In this document: piece by piece, positions 27,526-38,704 of the stretch
Numbering within the stretch: the first letter of the stretch is position 1
How the letters are laid out: every line of letters starts with the position of its first letter
Origin: Lepidodermella squamata
Lineage: Eukaryota; Animalia; Gastrotricha
Direction of reading: 5' to 3'
DNA length: 64,000 nucleotides
Assembly: GCA_047495785.1 (NCBI GenBank)
Contig: JBLDXI010000028.1
Coordinates: forward strand, 992,001-1,056,000
Program-made: the position numbers and the translations under genes
The notes under the pieces: model-generated
What the model was told of the DNA's origin: nothing
The model's database searches: none
The model's input: the letters and a program-made list of their open reading frames with translations, nothing else

Positions 27526-30445
27526 ATGCAATTACGAGCTTGTTTTTTCTTAGTTGCCCTTGCGCTTCTGGCGGAACTAGCGGTACGATAATGCTATTTG
27601 CTTTTGGCTTTTTTGACTAGTCTATCATTCCGTCACAGGGGTCCCAAGTACAACAGACATGCTTACCCGGCTTGCAGTTCAAATGCACAAATGGGCAATG
27701 CATAACGTCCAACTTTAGGTGAGCTGAATCCTATCAGGGAAAAATAGCGCCCTTCATAGCTCGAAAATATCGAAATTCGAATCGCTTGCAACTCGCGATC
27801 CTTGAATAAATTCACTACCTATTTTGCTTTTCATCTCATAAACTAATAGATGCAACGGAATATGCGACTGCGATGATATGGTAGGTTCCACCTCATTTTT
27901 CTACGAGATTAATACCTATAATCTTTACCCTTAGAGCGACGAGGAGCAATGCCAAGCATGTGTTAGCAATGCTTTCTTATGCAACAACAAACGATGCATC
28001 CGACCTGCTTACGTCTGCGACTACGCCAACGATTGTGGCGATAATTCCGACGAAACCAACTCCAAATGCGTGAAATGCTCAGGTTTCCAATGCCGCCGTA
28101 GCAATCGTTGCTTGAAAAACGTAACTGCCGACCGTTGCGATGGTTTTGACGATTGTGGTGATGGCGGTAGCGACGAAGAAGCTTGCGATCGATGCCAGGG
28201 CAATACAACATTCTTTTGCCCGAAGAGCCGGCGCTGCATCTTCGCTTCGCAACGCTGTGATGGCAAATTGCAATGTGGATTAAACGATACAAGCGACGAA
28301 ACGAATTGTCCGGTTGTTCGATGTGAGTCGAGTTATCAGTTTGCCTGTTCTAGTCGCACTCAGTGCATCTTCATGGGCGATCGCTGTGACGGTAAAAAAG
28401 ATTGTTTGGATGGCAGTGACGAGGTGAATTGCACTTGCCGCGATCCAAAACGGGAGTTCAAGTGCGGCAACAACCTGTGTATTTCCATGAGTAAGCGGTG
28501 CGATGGGCGCATCGATTGTGCCGTAACTGGGGACGACGAGCTGAATTGCACGGCGGCGGATGGTTGCACTGCTTTGGCTGCGTCGAAGAATGTTACGCTT
28601 CAAGCACTGTTCCAATGTGCTAATGGCCGGTGCATCGAGGCTCGACGGCGATGCAACAGGTTTATATCACTAGACAGTATGTAACGCGCTACACGAGTGC
28701 TCGAAAAGTGTCGTACCCGGGGATTGAACCCGGGCTGCCTTTCTGAGAAGGCACGGCTCTAACCTTTGAGCCACCATGGCCGACACGCACTCAGTGTTCG
28801 CTTGCGCGGTTGTAAGGGGACCAGGAGGAGAGATGGGAGGTGGACTCGCTCCCTATACAGTAAGATACTATAGTATTAAAAACAATCCCCGGAATATTCG
28901 ATTTATAGGATGTATAGGACAGTTCGATGAAGTATAAAAATTGCATTGCTTCCGAAGAAACCCCATACCCTGGTCAATTCCCTTGGAAAAGCCCTTTCGT
29001 TCAAGTTTCTAATTTTTGCTTTCCTGCCCTAATCATGTAAATTCGGAGGCTGAGCTCATAGAATCAGTCCTTACGATGTGTATTTTACTTCCTCTCAATT
29101 TAGCTTTGAATTTCAGCATTGATGATTGTGCCGATGGCTCAGACGAGAAAAATTGCAAGCCGTGCGATTTGGTGACTAGTTTTCAATGCAAGACCGGTGG
29201 TTGTATCAACAAAATGTTCTTGTAAAGTCTTGCCAATTTCCTCCTATTCTTCCCAATTCCTCGTAATTTTCGCATAGGTGTGACGGCGAAAGGGATTGCT
29301 TTGACGGTTCGGACGAAGAGAACTGCACCGGTGGCTGCAAGGCTAACGCATTCTTATGCGCCAATAAGCGATGCATCTCCTCGAATCAACTGTGCGACAA
29401 ATCTGACGACTGCGGCGATAGATCGGATGAATCAGCACAAACATGCCGTTGCTTGAACTCAACAACCGAATTTCAATGCAGAACAACCGGAACAGTAAAA
29501 CAATGCATTCCGATATCGAAACGCTGCGACGGCGTCGTTGATTGCCTAGACGACTCCTACCTAAGCGATGAGCGTAACTGCGATAAATGCGCCGCTGGGG
29601 CTTTCCTATGCGTTAAAGAGCGGAAATGCGTCAAAGGCTGCGATGTTTGCGATGGGGTTGCTCAATGTTCAGACAAATCTGACGAAGCATCCTGCAAAGA
29701 CTGTGATTATCAATGTCGTCGGGCTAATGCCACCGCCTGTTTGAAGAACTACCAAATCTGCGATGGGTTCAACGACTGTGATTCTGGCGAGGATGAGCAG
29801 TCTTGTTCAAGGTGTCTCGGCAATGGCTATCGATGCCCGAATTCAACTCGATGCATCCGCGGCAGTGTTATCTGCGATGGGAAATCAGACTGTCCTGATG
29901 GTTCGGACGAAGATTCTTGCGGATGTTGGCGCGGGGCGAAGTTCCGCTGCGGCGATAACTCATGCATCTGGCTTAACTACATATGCGACGGTGTCAAAGA
30001 TTGCGCAGATAATTCTGATGAACAAAACTGCGCCTACTACGAGAAGTTACTCGGGGATTCGCCTTATTCCTGTGCGAATGGGCAGAAGGTTAGGAAAGAT
30101 GCTAAATGCGATGGCATCGTCCAATGTCGTGATAAATCCGACGAGGCTGATTGCGGTTCAATGTGTTCAAATGGAGGATTTCGCTGCCAGAATGGGCGAT
30201 GTTTGACTCAGTTTAAAGACTGTCTTGAAGCTGATGCTTGTCTGGTTCGTTGTAATGAGGCTAAAGCAGCTTGCCCAGCGTGTCGGCCATTGCTGAGATC
30301 GAATGGAACGAGGACTTACGAGGTTGCGATGCGCCACTGCGATAACTGTCAGTGCTACCCGGCCGCGAAATGGCAGGACGGATATCGAGATTGTGACGAT
30401 GGCAGTGACGAATGTGTTGCTGATAGCATGAAAGGACCTCTCTAG
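27526..30445 (+). CDS. Secreted protein built almost entirely of LDL-receptor class A repeats (about 15-17 modules), multi-exon
   Basis: Signal peptide exon MQLRACFFLVALALLAELA (27526-27582), then exons of repeated F-x-C...CDG..DC.DGSDE..C modules; no transmembrane segment before the stop at 30445. Confidence 0.85.
28670..28865 (-). mobile_element. Possible non-autonomous Helitron-like element containing a tRNA-derived segment (28709-28780), intronic
   Basis: Minus strand has Pol III A/B boxes (TGGCTCAAAGGTTAGAGC, GGTTCAATCC) and ends GCACTCGTGTAGCGC-11 nt-CTAG|T. Confidence 0.5.
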
Positions 30446-30816
30446 ACCTTTTACCTCTGTCAAATAAAACATAATCGCGGATTTAGTTTCTGATTTTTCT
30501 TCCATAATTGACTACATTGTTGCAAAGCAGAGAAAATGATTCTTTAAGGATCCATCCACTTTAAGGTCCTCTCGTTCCTGCAAAGAGTGCATGTGGATAT
30601 TCTGAACTGCGGATTTAGTAAAAATTGGCGGATTCATGCAGATTACGAACAATGAATGGACACGTAAATAGTAGTGTCAGTGCAACACGTGCAAAAACTT
30701 AGATTTGATGTTTTTTCGGCTCAATTGTTCTGAAGCTCTGCTAGTGAGCAACATAATTCGACTCAATATTAGAGTTTATCATTTTAGATTTTGTGTTGTT
30801 ATAGCTAATTCATAAA

Positions 30817-32572
30817 ATGGCGAGCCAGTCTAAAACCGATGAAGCTAACCGCCGATTGAAGGCCACAGCGAACCTGCCCCCTTACTTGGTCGATGAAATT
30901 TTCGGGAAACGACGTTACATAGTTTTCTGCTTTGAGCTATGCTCAATGGCTCATATTAAAGCAGCGCTGCCTTTAGCTCGTGAGCTGGCTGATCGAGGTC
31001 ATGAAATCGCATTTGCCTCGCCAAGCGTCTTCAGGTACGACCGATGGTTTGACAAAGCCAGTCCATCTTGTCCCTTCTCCAAGTTCATCACTCTGAAAAC
31101 AACGCATGAGTACTATGGGCTGACTCCGGAAGTACCAATGGATAAAGCTTTCCATAAGCTGCATCATGACATTCCGCCTGGTTACAACGGTAAATAAAAG
31201 CATCATTCAACGCCTCGAACTGTGTTGAGAAAATTCTATTTTCTTTTCAGGGTGGAGCTTTATGGCCGCAAACACGCTAATCCGCCTTGAATATCTCTAC
31301 GAAGGAGTATTTCTGTCTTTGAAGGAAGAATTTGCCACCAGGAAGCCAGATTTAATCGTCAGTGATTGGCTCGCAATGGGAACTTTCGACTTTTGCAAAG
31401 CCTCCAACATTCCCTACGTCATTTCAATTTCACATTCGAACACGGATTTCATCCCGAATGCACCTTACATCCCTACGATTACAAGTGGTGAAACGGTTGA
31501 ATCGATTTCGTACTCGAAACGAGCTCTGGATTTCTTCGTTGGACCTTTGATAAAAAATTACAATTTCTATCCGGTTTTGTTAAAAATCAATCGAATTCGT
31601 GCGAAGCTTGGGGCGCCAATTTCTTACGATTGGTCATTTTCGTATCGCCGGAAACACATCTTCGTGGCTAATTATTTCGGCCTGGAACCTGTTCGCTACA
31701 TGTCACCCTTCGTCCACGTTGTAGGGCCAGTGATTCTTGACGAAACTGATACTGCGAAATCGAAGATTGGCGACGATTTGAAACGTTGGCTGGACGAAAT
31801 TGCTAGCAAGAAGGAAAGCGTTGTCCTGATGGTTTTCGGCTCCTTGACAACTCACAAGCCTGCAATCACAAAGCGGTTACTGTCGGGTATTTTATTCGAA
31901 AAACCAGGGCTGAAATGTGGGGCCGGAGAATTCCCGACTTCGACCGAACATTTATCGCAGGGTGTTCACGTTTTATGGGCATCATGCGGGGCGAAAATTG
32001 ACGAAATTCTTCCGAAAGAAGTTTCGGCTAATCCAGGAAAGTTTCATTTGAAAATTGTTGACTGGGTGCCGCAGATTGCTGTTTTGAATCACCCTGCTGT
32101 GAAGCTTTTCATCACTCATGGAGGGGCTGAGAGTCAGCTTGAAGCCACTCGAGCTGCTAAACCTGTTCTTGTCTACCCTGGCTTCTACGACCAGTCTTAC
32201 CAAGCTACAAAAGCTGTCGAACTTGGCTACGGCGATAAATTGTCGCCACGAGATAAGTTGACTGCCGTGGAAGTTTGCGAAAAATCAAAGCGATTGATCA
32301 AGCGTTACAATGAAGATGTTGAGTTTCGTAAGCTTTTGGATAGATTTGCGAAGGTTGCCTTCTACGGCACGTGTCGGCCGCAAAAGGCCGCTGATATTGT
32401 CGAAATGGAGGCGGACGTAGGCTCAGACCATCTGCGACCTGCTGAGGACGATGTGTCACAAATCAAAAGATACAATATTGATGTTCTTGTTCCGTTTTGT
32501 GTGCTGACTACTTCTGTTTCTCTCTATTTATGGAAGAATGGCGTTGCCTCTAAATTTGAAAGATTTTTCTGA
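30817..32572 (+). CDS. UDP-glycosyltransferase (GT1/UDPGT family), 2 exons
   Basis: Exons 30817-31189 and 31251-32572; AHIKAALPLARELADRGHEI, signature WVPQIAVLNHPAVKLFITHGGAESQLEA...YPGFYDQ, C-terminal hydrophobic helix. Confidence 0.92.
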
Positions 32573-32966
32573 TGAAGGCGCGAATAAAGATGAGGCTTGA
32601 GATTTGGCCATTTTGTTTCTTTTTTCACTGCTTTAAACAATCGGCAAAGGAGAGAAATCATGTTCAAAGGTGTATCTTCATCATAGCGAAGTATAATCGC
32701 CAGAAAATCCATAACTTCAACAACTGCCAGGGTTGCTTCCAGGTGGGATTCCTGCTTTGGCCAAGCGTTTATAATTTCCATCCGTGAAAAAATGTTCGAA
32801 ACGGTTTTAATTTTGTTGGCAAACGCAGAAATTGACGAATCCGATCAAGCTCTGCGCGTGATTATAAATTCCACTCACCCAGCTCTTGCTTAAGCCTTCG
32901 AGTCATGCTATTTTCAAGGTGATCTGTGGAGTGGAGTAAAAAAAAGCTCAGAGCGAAAAATGATTC

Positions 32967-33050
32967 TACCAGAGGTGGGGTTCGAACCCACGCGGGATTA
33001 CTCCCATCAGATCTTAAGTCTGACCTCTTAAACCACTCGAGCACTCTGGT
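32967..33050 (-). tRNA. tRNA-Leu(TAA)
   Basis: 84-nt cloverleaf ACCAGAG...TCAGA-CTTAAGA-TCTGA, long variable arm, GGTTCGAACC, ...CTCTGGTA, followed by a T-run. Confidence 0.93.
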
Positions 33051-33496
33051 TTGTTGAAAATGGCTTAAGCTTTTTGTATTATAATATAGTCCTAAAACTC
33101 AAACCCCCAATCATCCGACAACTCACTTTAATCACAACGTGATAATGAGCGGACATCCGAAAAAGCAGTCACAGAATCATGTAAAGAAATAGGGTGAAGT
33201 TGAACATAAGAGAAACGATGAAGACGATTGCAAACAATATTAAGTCATAAATTCGAATCAAAGAAAAGCGCTTCGCACGAGGTAGCAATCTCAACTTTAC
33301 ACCCGCTGTAAACGAATCCCGCCGAGCGAAGTCACATGAAAGCAGCGAGTAGATAGTAATTATCATGCCCAGTACAATCTGGCCACTGATCATGATTGAA
33401 ATGTAAGGTGTCTCTGACGATTTAGGAAGCGAGTCGCCGATGACCGATTGTAATATGACAAAAGCCATAAGAACTGTTATGCTGTAGGAAGCTCGC

Positions 33497-34240
33497 TCAG
33501 GAAATCGTGGCGGCTGTACTAACACGTTCATCGACGATAGCATTTATTACATCGCGCAGCTGTTCAGCTGTTATCGCGTTAACGCCTGTTTCGGCGGCCT
33601 TACTACCGCTAGCAATAGCAATATCCTGCTCGTCTTCGGCAATTTTTAAGAGTTGAGCAAAAGTGAGCGACGAGTTAGCTTTTCTTTTGGCAATCAATTT
33701 CCGCTTAATCGCGCCTTCAGTGACACCATTCACGAAAAGAGCGCAAAATGGCAGAGATTTAACGTAATCTGAAGCAGTATCAGGATAAGCTTTATGAGCC
33801 AAATCATACAAAGAAGCACCAAAATCCAACACACTTTCGCCTTGTAACTGTTTACGCGCGAGTAATTTCGCCTCAAAACTTGATTCATCACCTTGAATAC
33901 CGAAATGTTTTAGTAATTTCAAGCGAGCAACGTCATACGTCAAAGGATGAGCATCAGCAGTGCCTTGAAGGCAGGATAAGAAAAGATGAGCTGAACGTGG
34001 TAAGATAGGTTTAAGCGCAGACAACTTTTCATCATCCATAGTAACACCACGAGACTTACAAGCGACCTCAAAGCGATCGAGAAAAGACTCGAAATCCTCT
34101 CCTAAAGTATACGGGTCAGGCCATGGGTTAGCGACGACAGTAGGTACAGAGACCTTTAATTTTGACTTTAACGCTGAGGCTAAAATTTCTACTGCATCGG
34201 CAGTTAATTTTCCTTCGTCATCGACAATGGCTTGAGACAT
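33497..34240 (-). CDS. gag: Gag capsid-like ORF of the Gypsy element
   Basis: DFESFLDRFEVAC, TYDVARLKLLKHF, ARKQLQGESVLDFGASLYDLAHKAYP (major homology region) and FVNGV; no CCHC zinc knuckle. Confidence 0.85.
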   Translation of the reverse strand: MSQAIVDDEGKLTADAVEILASALKSKLKVSVPTVVANPWPDPYTLGEDFESFLDRFEVACKSRGVTMDDEKLSALKPILPRSAHLFLSCLQGTADAHPLTYDVARLKLLKHFGIQGDESSFEAKLLARKQLQGESVLDFGASLYDLAHKAYPDTASDYVKSLPFCALFVNGVTEGAIKRKLIAKRKANSSLTFAQLLKIAEDEQDIAIASGSKAAETGVNAITAEQLRDVINAIVDERVSTAATIS

Positions 34241-34798
34241 TGATAAAAGTAGAAGAGAAAAATAGCGAAAAATCAACAGAATGAAGGTAAAATTAAGGTG
34301 GATTTGTAAGGTAAAATTAGAATCTACGGCGAGAGAAAATCAGCTGAGATTGCAAGATGAAATCAAATCCAAAGAGAAATCAAGGTAAATTGAGAATTAA
34401 AAGGTAAAATTTGGACACTTCAAATATTGAAAAACTACTGTTACCAATTTAAGCTAAAATTTTACCCAAAACCCTGCAAAGAGGCATGCTCGGCACGATC
34501 GACGAATAGCGCGAACTGGAAACACGAACAGGATACTCGAACAGCAGCGGCTATCTCGCACGAATTGATGAAAGTCGAGGGCGGGCACGAAGTACGCTGC
34601 CACCAATGTAAAGTACCACCAAAACAAAGTTTGTTCCAAAACCGAAATCTTTATTCTGCCTCTTTTTTTTCTTTTCCTAAACGACCTCTATCCGGGAGCA
34701 CATGGCTCGTGACCCGCCGGTAATAATAATCGGTATTATAAAACAGTATTATTATAAGTAGTAATAAATTGCATCTAATATTTGGCGGCGACATTACA
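33515..34798 (-). mobile_element. 3'-truncated Ty3/Gypsy LTR retrotransposon (5' LTR, PBS, gag)
   Basis: LTR 34798-34607 (TG...CA with AATAAA), PBS TGGTGGCAGCG at 34605-34595, then the gag ORF; no pol or second LTR. Confidence 0.85.
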
Positions 34799-35507
34799 AG
34801 TGGTTCTGAGTAATTCCTAACAGGTCTTGTTTTCGACATCAGGCTACATTTTGAGTAAAGCCAGTTCTTTAATTGTTCCTCCAAAGGAAAGAACTGGTCG
34901 AACTGGCACTTTGAGACGGTAAGCTGTAGTATAATTATTGATGCAACTATCAGAGAGAGGAAAGTAAAACGCATAGTTTAAGGTAGAACTCTAACTCCCT
35001 GTTACGTTAAGACTCTCATCAGCAATTCTCAATAATTACCACAGAAATCTATGTCTGCTGTGCTTAATTATTCGCTGTCTCAAGACCCAGGTTGAGGACG
35101 TCTGAAGTTCATAGGTAGTGCAAAAGCGTCATCTGGAATTTTATTGATCTCGTTCTTGGAAAAAAGATACATATTAAGATAAAGTACAAGAGAACTCAAT
35201 TTTAGCGGTTGTTTAAAGACTCCTGGATCCTTCCTTTTACAGGGCGTTCGCGTAATAATACTCTTCTAAAAATAGCTTTGCTACTTTTTGCATACATTTT
35301 AGCTTTTTTGTAGCTATTTTTAGCTCACCCAGAGTATTATTACGCGAACGCCCTGTACTTGTCACTCATCGATTCCTCGATTGTCCACTTGAATCTTATG
35401 AAGGATGAAGGGAGATCCTCTCTGGCCAAAAATATCGCTTTTGAGAAAAAACTTGATTCCGTTATTGCATTGAGGATTGGAGTGGTTGTAGACGTCAAAA
35501 ATGATTT

Positions 35508-35591
35508 TACCAGAGGTGGGGTTCGAACCCACGCGGGATTGCTCCCATCAGATCTTAAGTCTGACCTCTTAAACCACTCGAGCACTCTGGT
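35508..35591 (-). tRNA. tRNA-Leu(TAA), second copy
   Basis: Identical to 32967-33050 except one variable-arm base. Confidence 0.93.
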
Positions 35592-35913
35592 TTGTTGAAG
35601 ACAACCTCAGTCTAAACAGATTGCATTGTTGAAGTCGCAAATTCCTACTGTGGCCTAAGATTCCCGACTTATTTTGTTGCTGATTGGCTTTATTTAATAA
35701 TGCGAGCTTTATTTATTATTGACCGTTTCAATTTACATAGATTATAGATTCCATTCCATTCCGTCTTATTTTAGCTGGGAGGAACGCGAGCACCAGTATG
35801 GTTGGCCGCGAATTCTTCAATAGTTAAGTCAGAGGATGGATTCAAGCCCTGTTTGTATCCAGCATTTTCGCGGCAATTGTGGACTTCAATTCGGGCTAGA
35901 TTTGCCCTGGAAA

Positions 35914-36022
35914 TCAAGGCGTAAATTTATGGGCGCAGTAGTCAGGGCGCAAAAGTCAGGGCGCATTTTTGTGGGCGCAAACACGCTGGGCGCAAAATTC
36001 TGGGCGCATGTCACCATCTACC
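35914..36022 (-). mobile_element. Isolated end of the MITE family seen at 52069-52960
   Basis: Reverse complement of about 52069-52178 with two mismatches. Confidence 0.85.
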
Positions 36023-36036
36023 AAAAAACGCAACTT

Positions 36037-36187
36037 TGGACTGACCAGGCCATTGAAAGAAGACGCGAATTTTTAGCTTTCAGTCGCCAATCTCAGCCTG
36101 AACCTGTCTCAGTAAATTAAATGCTTCTTATTCAAAAAAAATGGTTTGAAATTTGCTGCACGTTAATTTTAACCTTGTTTTATATCA
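36037..36187 (+). pseudogene. Inverted duplicate of the IQCC 3' end and 3' UTR
   Basis: Encodes WTDQAIERRREFLAFSRQSQPEPVSVN*, matching the IQCC C-terminus on the minus strand at about 58953-59102; similarity continues into the UTR. Confidence 0.85.
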
Positions 36188-37843
36188 ATATAAATTTGAG
36201 ACTCCAGCACTAGATTTCAATTAAATATGGTTTTTCGAATTTCTATTCTTCACTAGAATCTCAAATTTTTTGTATCATGCTTAACCGATAGACCTTCACG
36301 TTACATGTATTTCGCGCTATGAGCGGTCAGTTTACGAATTATACTTCAACCTATAGAGCCGATATCGATTCCAAGTATCGATTTGATTTAAAAAATCAGT
36401 GATTTTCCCGATATCAGCCGTCTTTCACGTATCACGTATCACGTAGCTGAAATAAATATCCTACAGGATCAGGGAGGGCATCAGTATCGATCAAAAACCG
36501 AAAACGCCGAAATCGCAAAAAATCTGAAAAATTTAGTGCCAGGAACATTTAGTGCTGGAACCTCATTTTTAGTGGTGGAAATATTTGGACCCTTTACCAG
36601 AGAATTTTATGGATCACGTGCCAGCCAACGGTGTGATCAGGAAATTGCTATTACCTGATACCGCTAGATTTGAGTTTTATCATAATTTTCTCATGAGCTA
36701 ACTAGCTTAGAGGAAAAATGAGTGTTTCACATTTACTCCTCTGCGCCTTAGGGTGATGAATCCTGCAGTAAGGCTCCTTGATGCCGGTCTGGCGCTTACG
36801 CCTTATCAAACCAGACTTTTCCTTGGGACTAATACTGTATGGACTCGACACTGCTGGCATCTCTCCATTAAAATCCTGCTGGACGCAAAAAACCGTCCAA
36901 AAAAGGACTTTTCTATGATAGTGATTTTGCGCGCAGTTGAGAATGCAAAAAAATGACAAGCGTGCGCTTATATCTCTTGCGAGGGGGAGGTATAGGTACA
37001 AAAGTGTGCTTTATTAAGCTTCATTTATCACAAGAGGAATAATGAGTGTTTCACATTTTACTCCTCTGCGCCTTTGTGTGATGAATTCTGCTCCTTAAAG
37101 CCGGTCTGGCCGCTTTCGCCTTATCAAACCATACTTTTCTGTGATAGTGAATTTACACTCTGCTGAGAATGCAACAAATGATAAGCGTTCGCTCATTTCT
37201 CTTGCAAAGGGGAGGTAAAGGAAAAATATACTTTATCAAGCTCATTTATCAACGACAGCAGAAGAGAAAAAATAGTTGACAGTAGTTCTAAGGATTTTCG
37301 AAGGCCCTGATCACGATTTTGAAATCCGTTCGTCTCTATCTATCACCGTTAGGACTGTGTGAAAAGTGCCATATCCGCCCAGCTGATTTCAGGCGATTTT
37401 CGAGCACCCTAATTTTTGTGTCAGCTTTCAGCTTTGGAATTTCAGATTCTAAATTACTTCCATGAAGGTCCCTAACATTCTCCATTCTCCCTCACTTCAC
37501 CGACATCACCGAAAACATTCAGTTTATAACAGTTTTAGAAGCTCAGTATTCAGATCAAGATTTAGTTTCTCCAGTTTTCCCCGTGTTTTTCCTCGCGACA
37601 TTTTTTTAGCACAAAAAATCCGCATTCCGACGCATTCCGCACGCATTCCGACTGTATAAGTCTGGGCGGATATATGGCAATTTCGACTGGTTTGATTCAA
37701 TTTAAATGGAAAATGGAGTAGTCATTTTTTATCAGAAACTTTTTATCAGAAATTAAAATTACACAAGCCAATGAGACTCTATGCCGCCACTGTGGTATTT
37801 TTTATTCGGCGGATAGATGAAGTGACGTCACCTTAATTTAAAA

Positions 37844-38146
37844 CTAGCAATAGCAGGGGCCGGCCCTTCGGTCCGGCCATCCAAAATATAGAGAAACCAT
37901 TAAAATTTCAGATAAGATCCTGTAAATTTATCTGCTCGTGGACACCGTGTAATGCATGCATTTTAGGTAAATAATTTGGCAATTTATGGGTAACAGTTTG
38001 TGAGGAAAATTGGGGAGCTAATAGGGAACTATAACGCGAAAAATCAAGCTGATATGTAATTTTTTCCTAACACCTTTCGCTCAATCGCTCAATATCATAA
38101 AATTAAAAAATAAGCGAATTTATTTAAGGAAAGTAGCCACCTCCTG

Positions 38147-38179
<33 letters not shown>

Positions 38180-38356
38180 GCTTTTAAGGCGACCCCAACC
38201 GAAGCCATTAGATGAGCTTTTATTTTTCTGATATCTACAATTTTAATATCTTCTATCTAACCATGTTTTTATTTTTCCGTTATTCCTCAGCGTTATGAAA
38301 TAAATCCGTACAAACCTCCTTTCCCGAAAACCTTATTCTCTCTTTAGTATTGTAGA
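37844..38356 (-). mobile_element. Non-autonomous Helitron with an internal (GT)n microsatellite
   Basis: 5' A|TCTACAATACTAAAGAGAG; 3' hairpin GGCCGGACCGAAGGGCCGGCC followed by CTAG|T; absent from duplication unit 2 near 54597. Confidence 0.75.
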
Positions 38357-38704
38357 TTGTAGTCGAAATTTCACACCTCGGTCATCAAATTCAGTAAATT
38401 GAAATGTTGGTGCCCTGTCAAAGTGGAAATTGCCCTTGATTGCAGCAACCAATTGATGTATGATGATCCATAGTGACCGACACGGTTCGGCCATTATTTC
38501 GGTGATAATGTTCATACCCTAAGGCTTAAATCCCCTATAGGCGTACAACTTGCCCTCTTAACGAAATCATTAGTGCTGACAGAAGGAGTTGGATTTTTTT
38601 TCGAGATTTATGAATTGACTAGCCATAATGATGAATTGAATTATATTTCATTCTTCATAGACATATAATAGCAAGGAAAAGTAACCTGTCCGACTAATTC
38701 AAAA

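Larger units (their letters stand above)
33169..34974 (-). pseudogene. Third Cys-loop receptor-like gene, disrupted by an LTR element and an internal deletion
   Basis: 5' piece 34974-34799 (signal peptide, TRPVRNYSEPL) and 3' piece about 33515-33169 (PPRFPERASYSITVLMAF..LPKSSETPYI, M2-M4). Most of the extracellular domain and M1 are missing. Confidence 0.8.

Noticed and set aside
34595-34605. PBS primed by the flanking tRNA-Leu(TAA) genes
   Set aside because: The PBS needs a tRNA ending CGCTGCCA-CCA, whereas the neighbours end CTCTGGTA-CCA.
32862-35585. Two ORFs beginning MLEWFKRSDLRSDGSNPAWVRTPP
   Set aside because: They are translations through the two tRNA-Leu genes.
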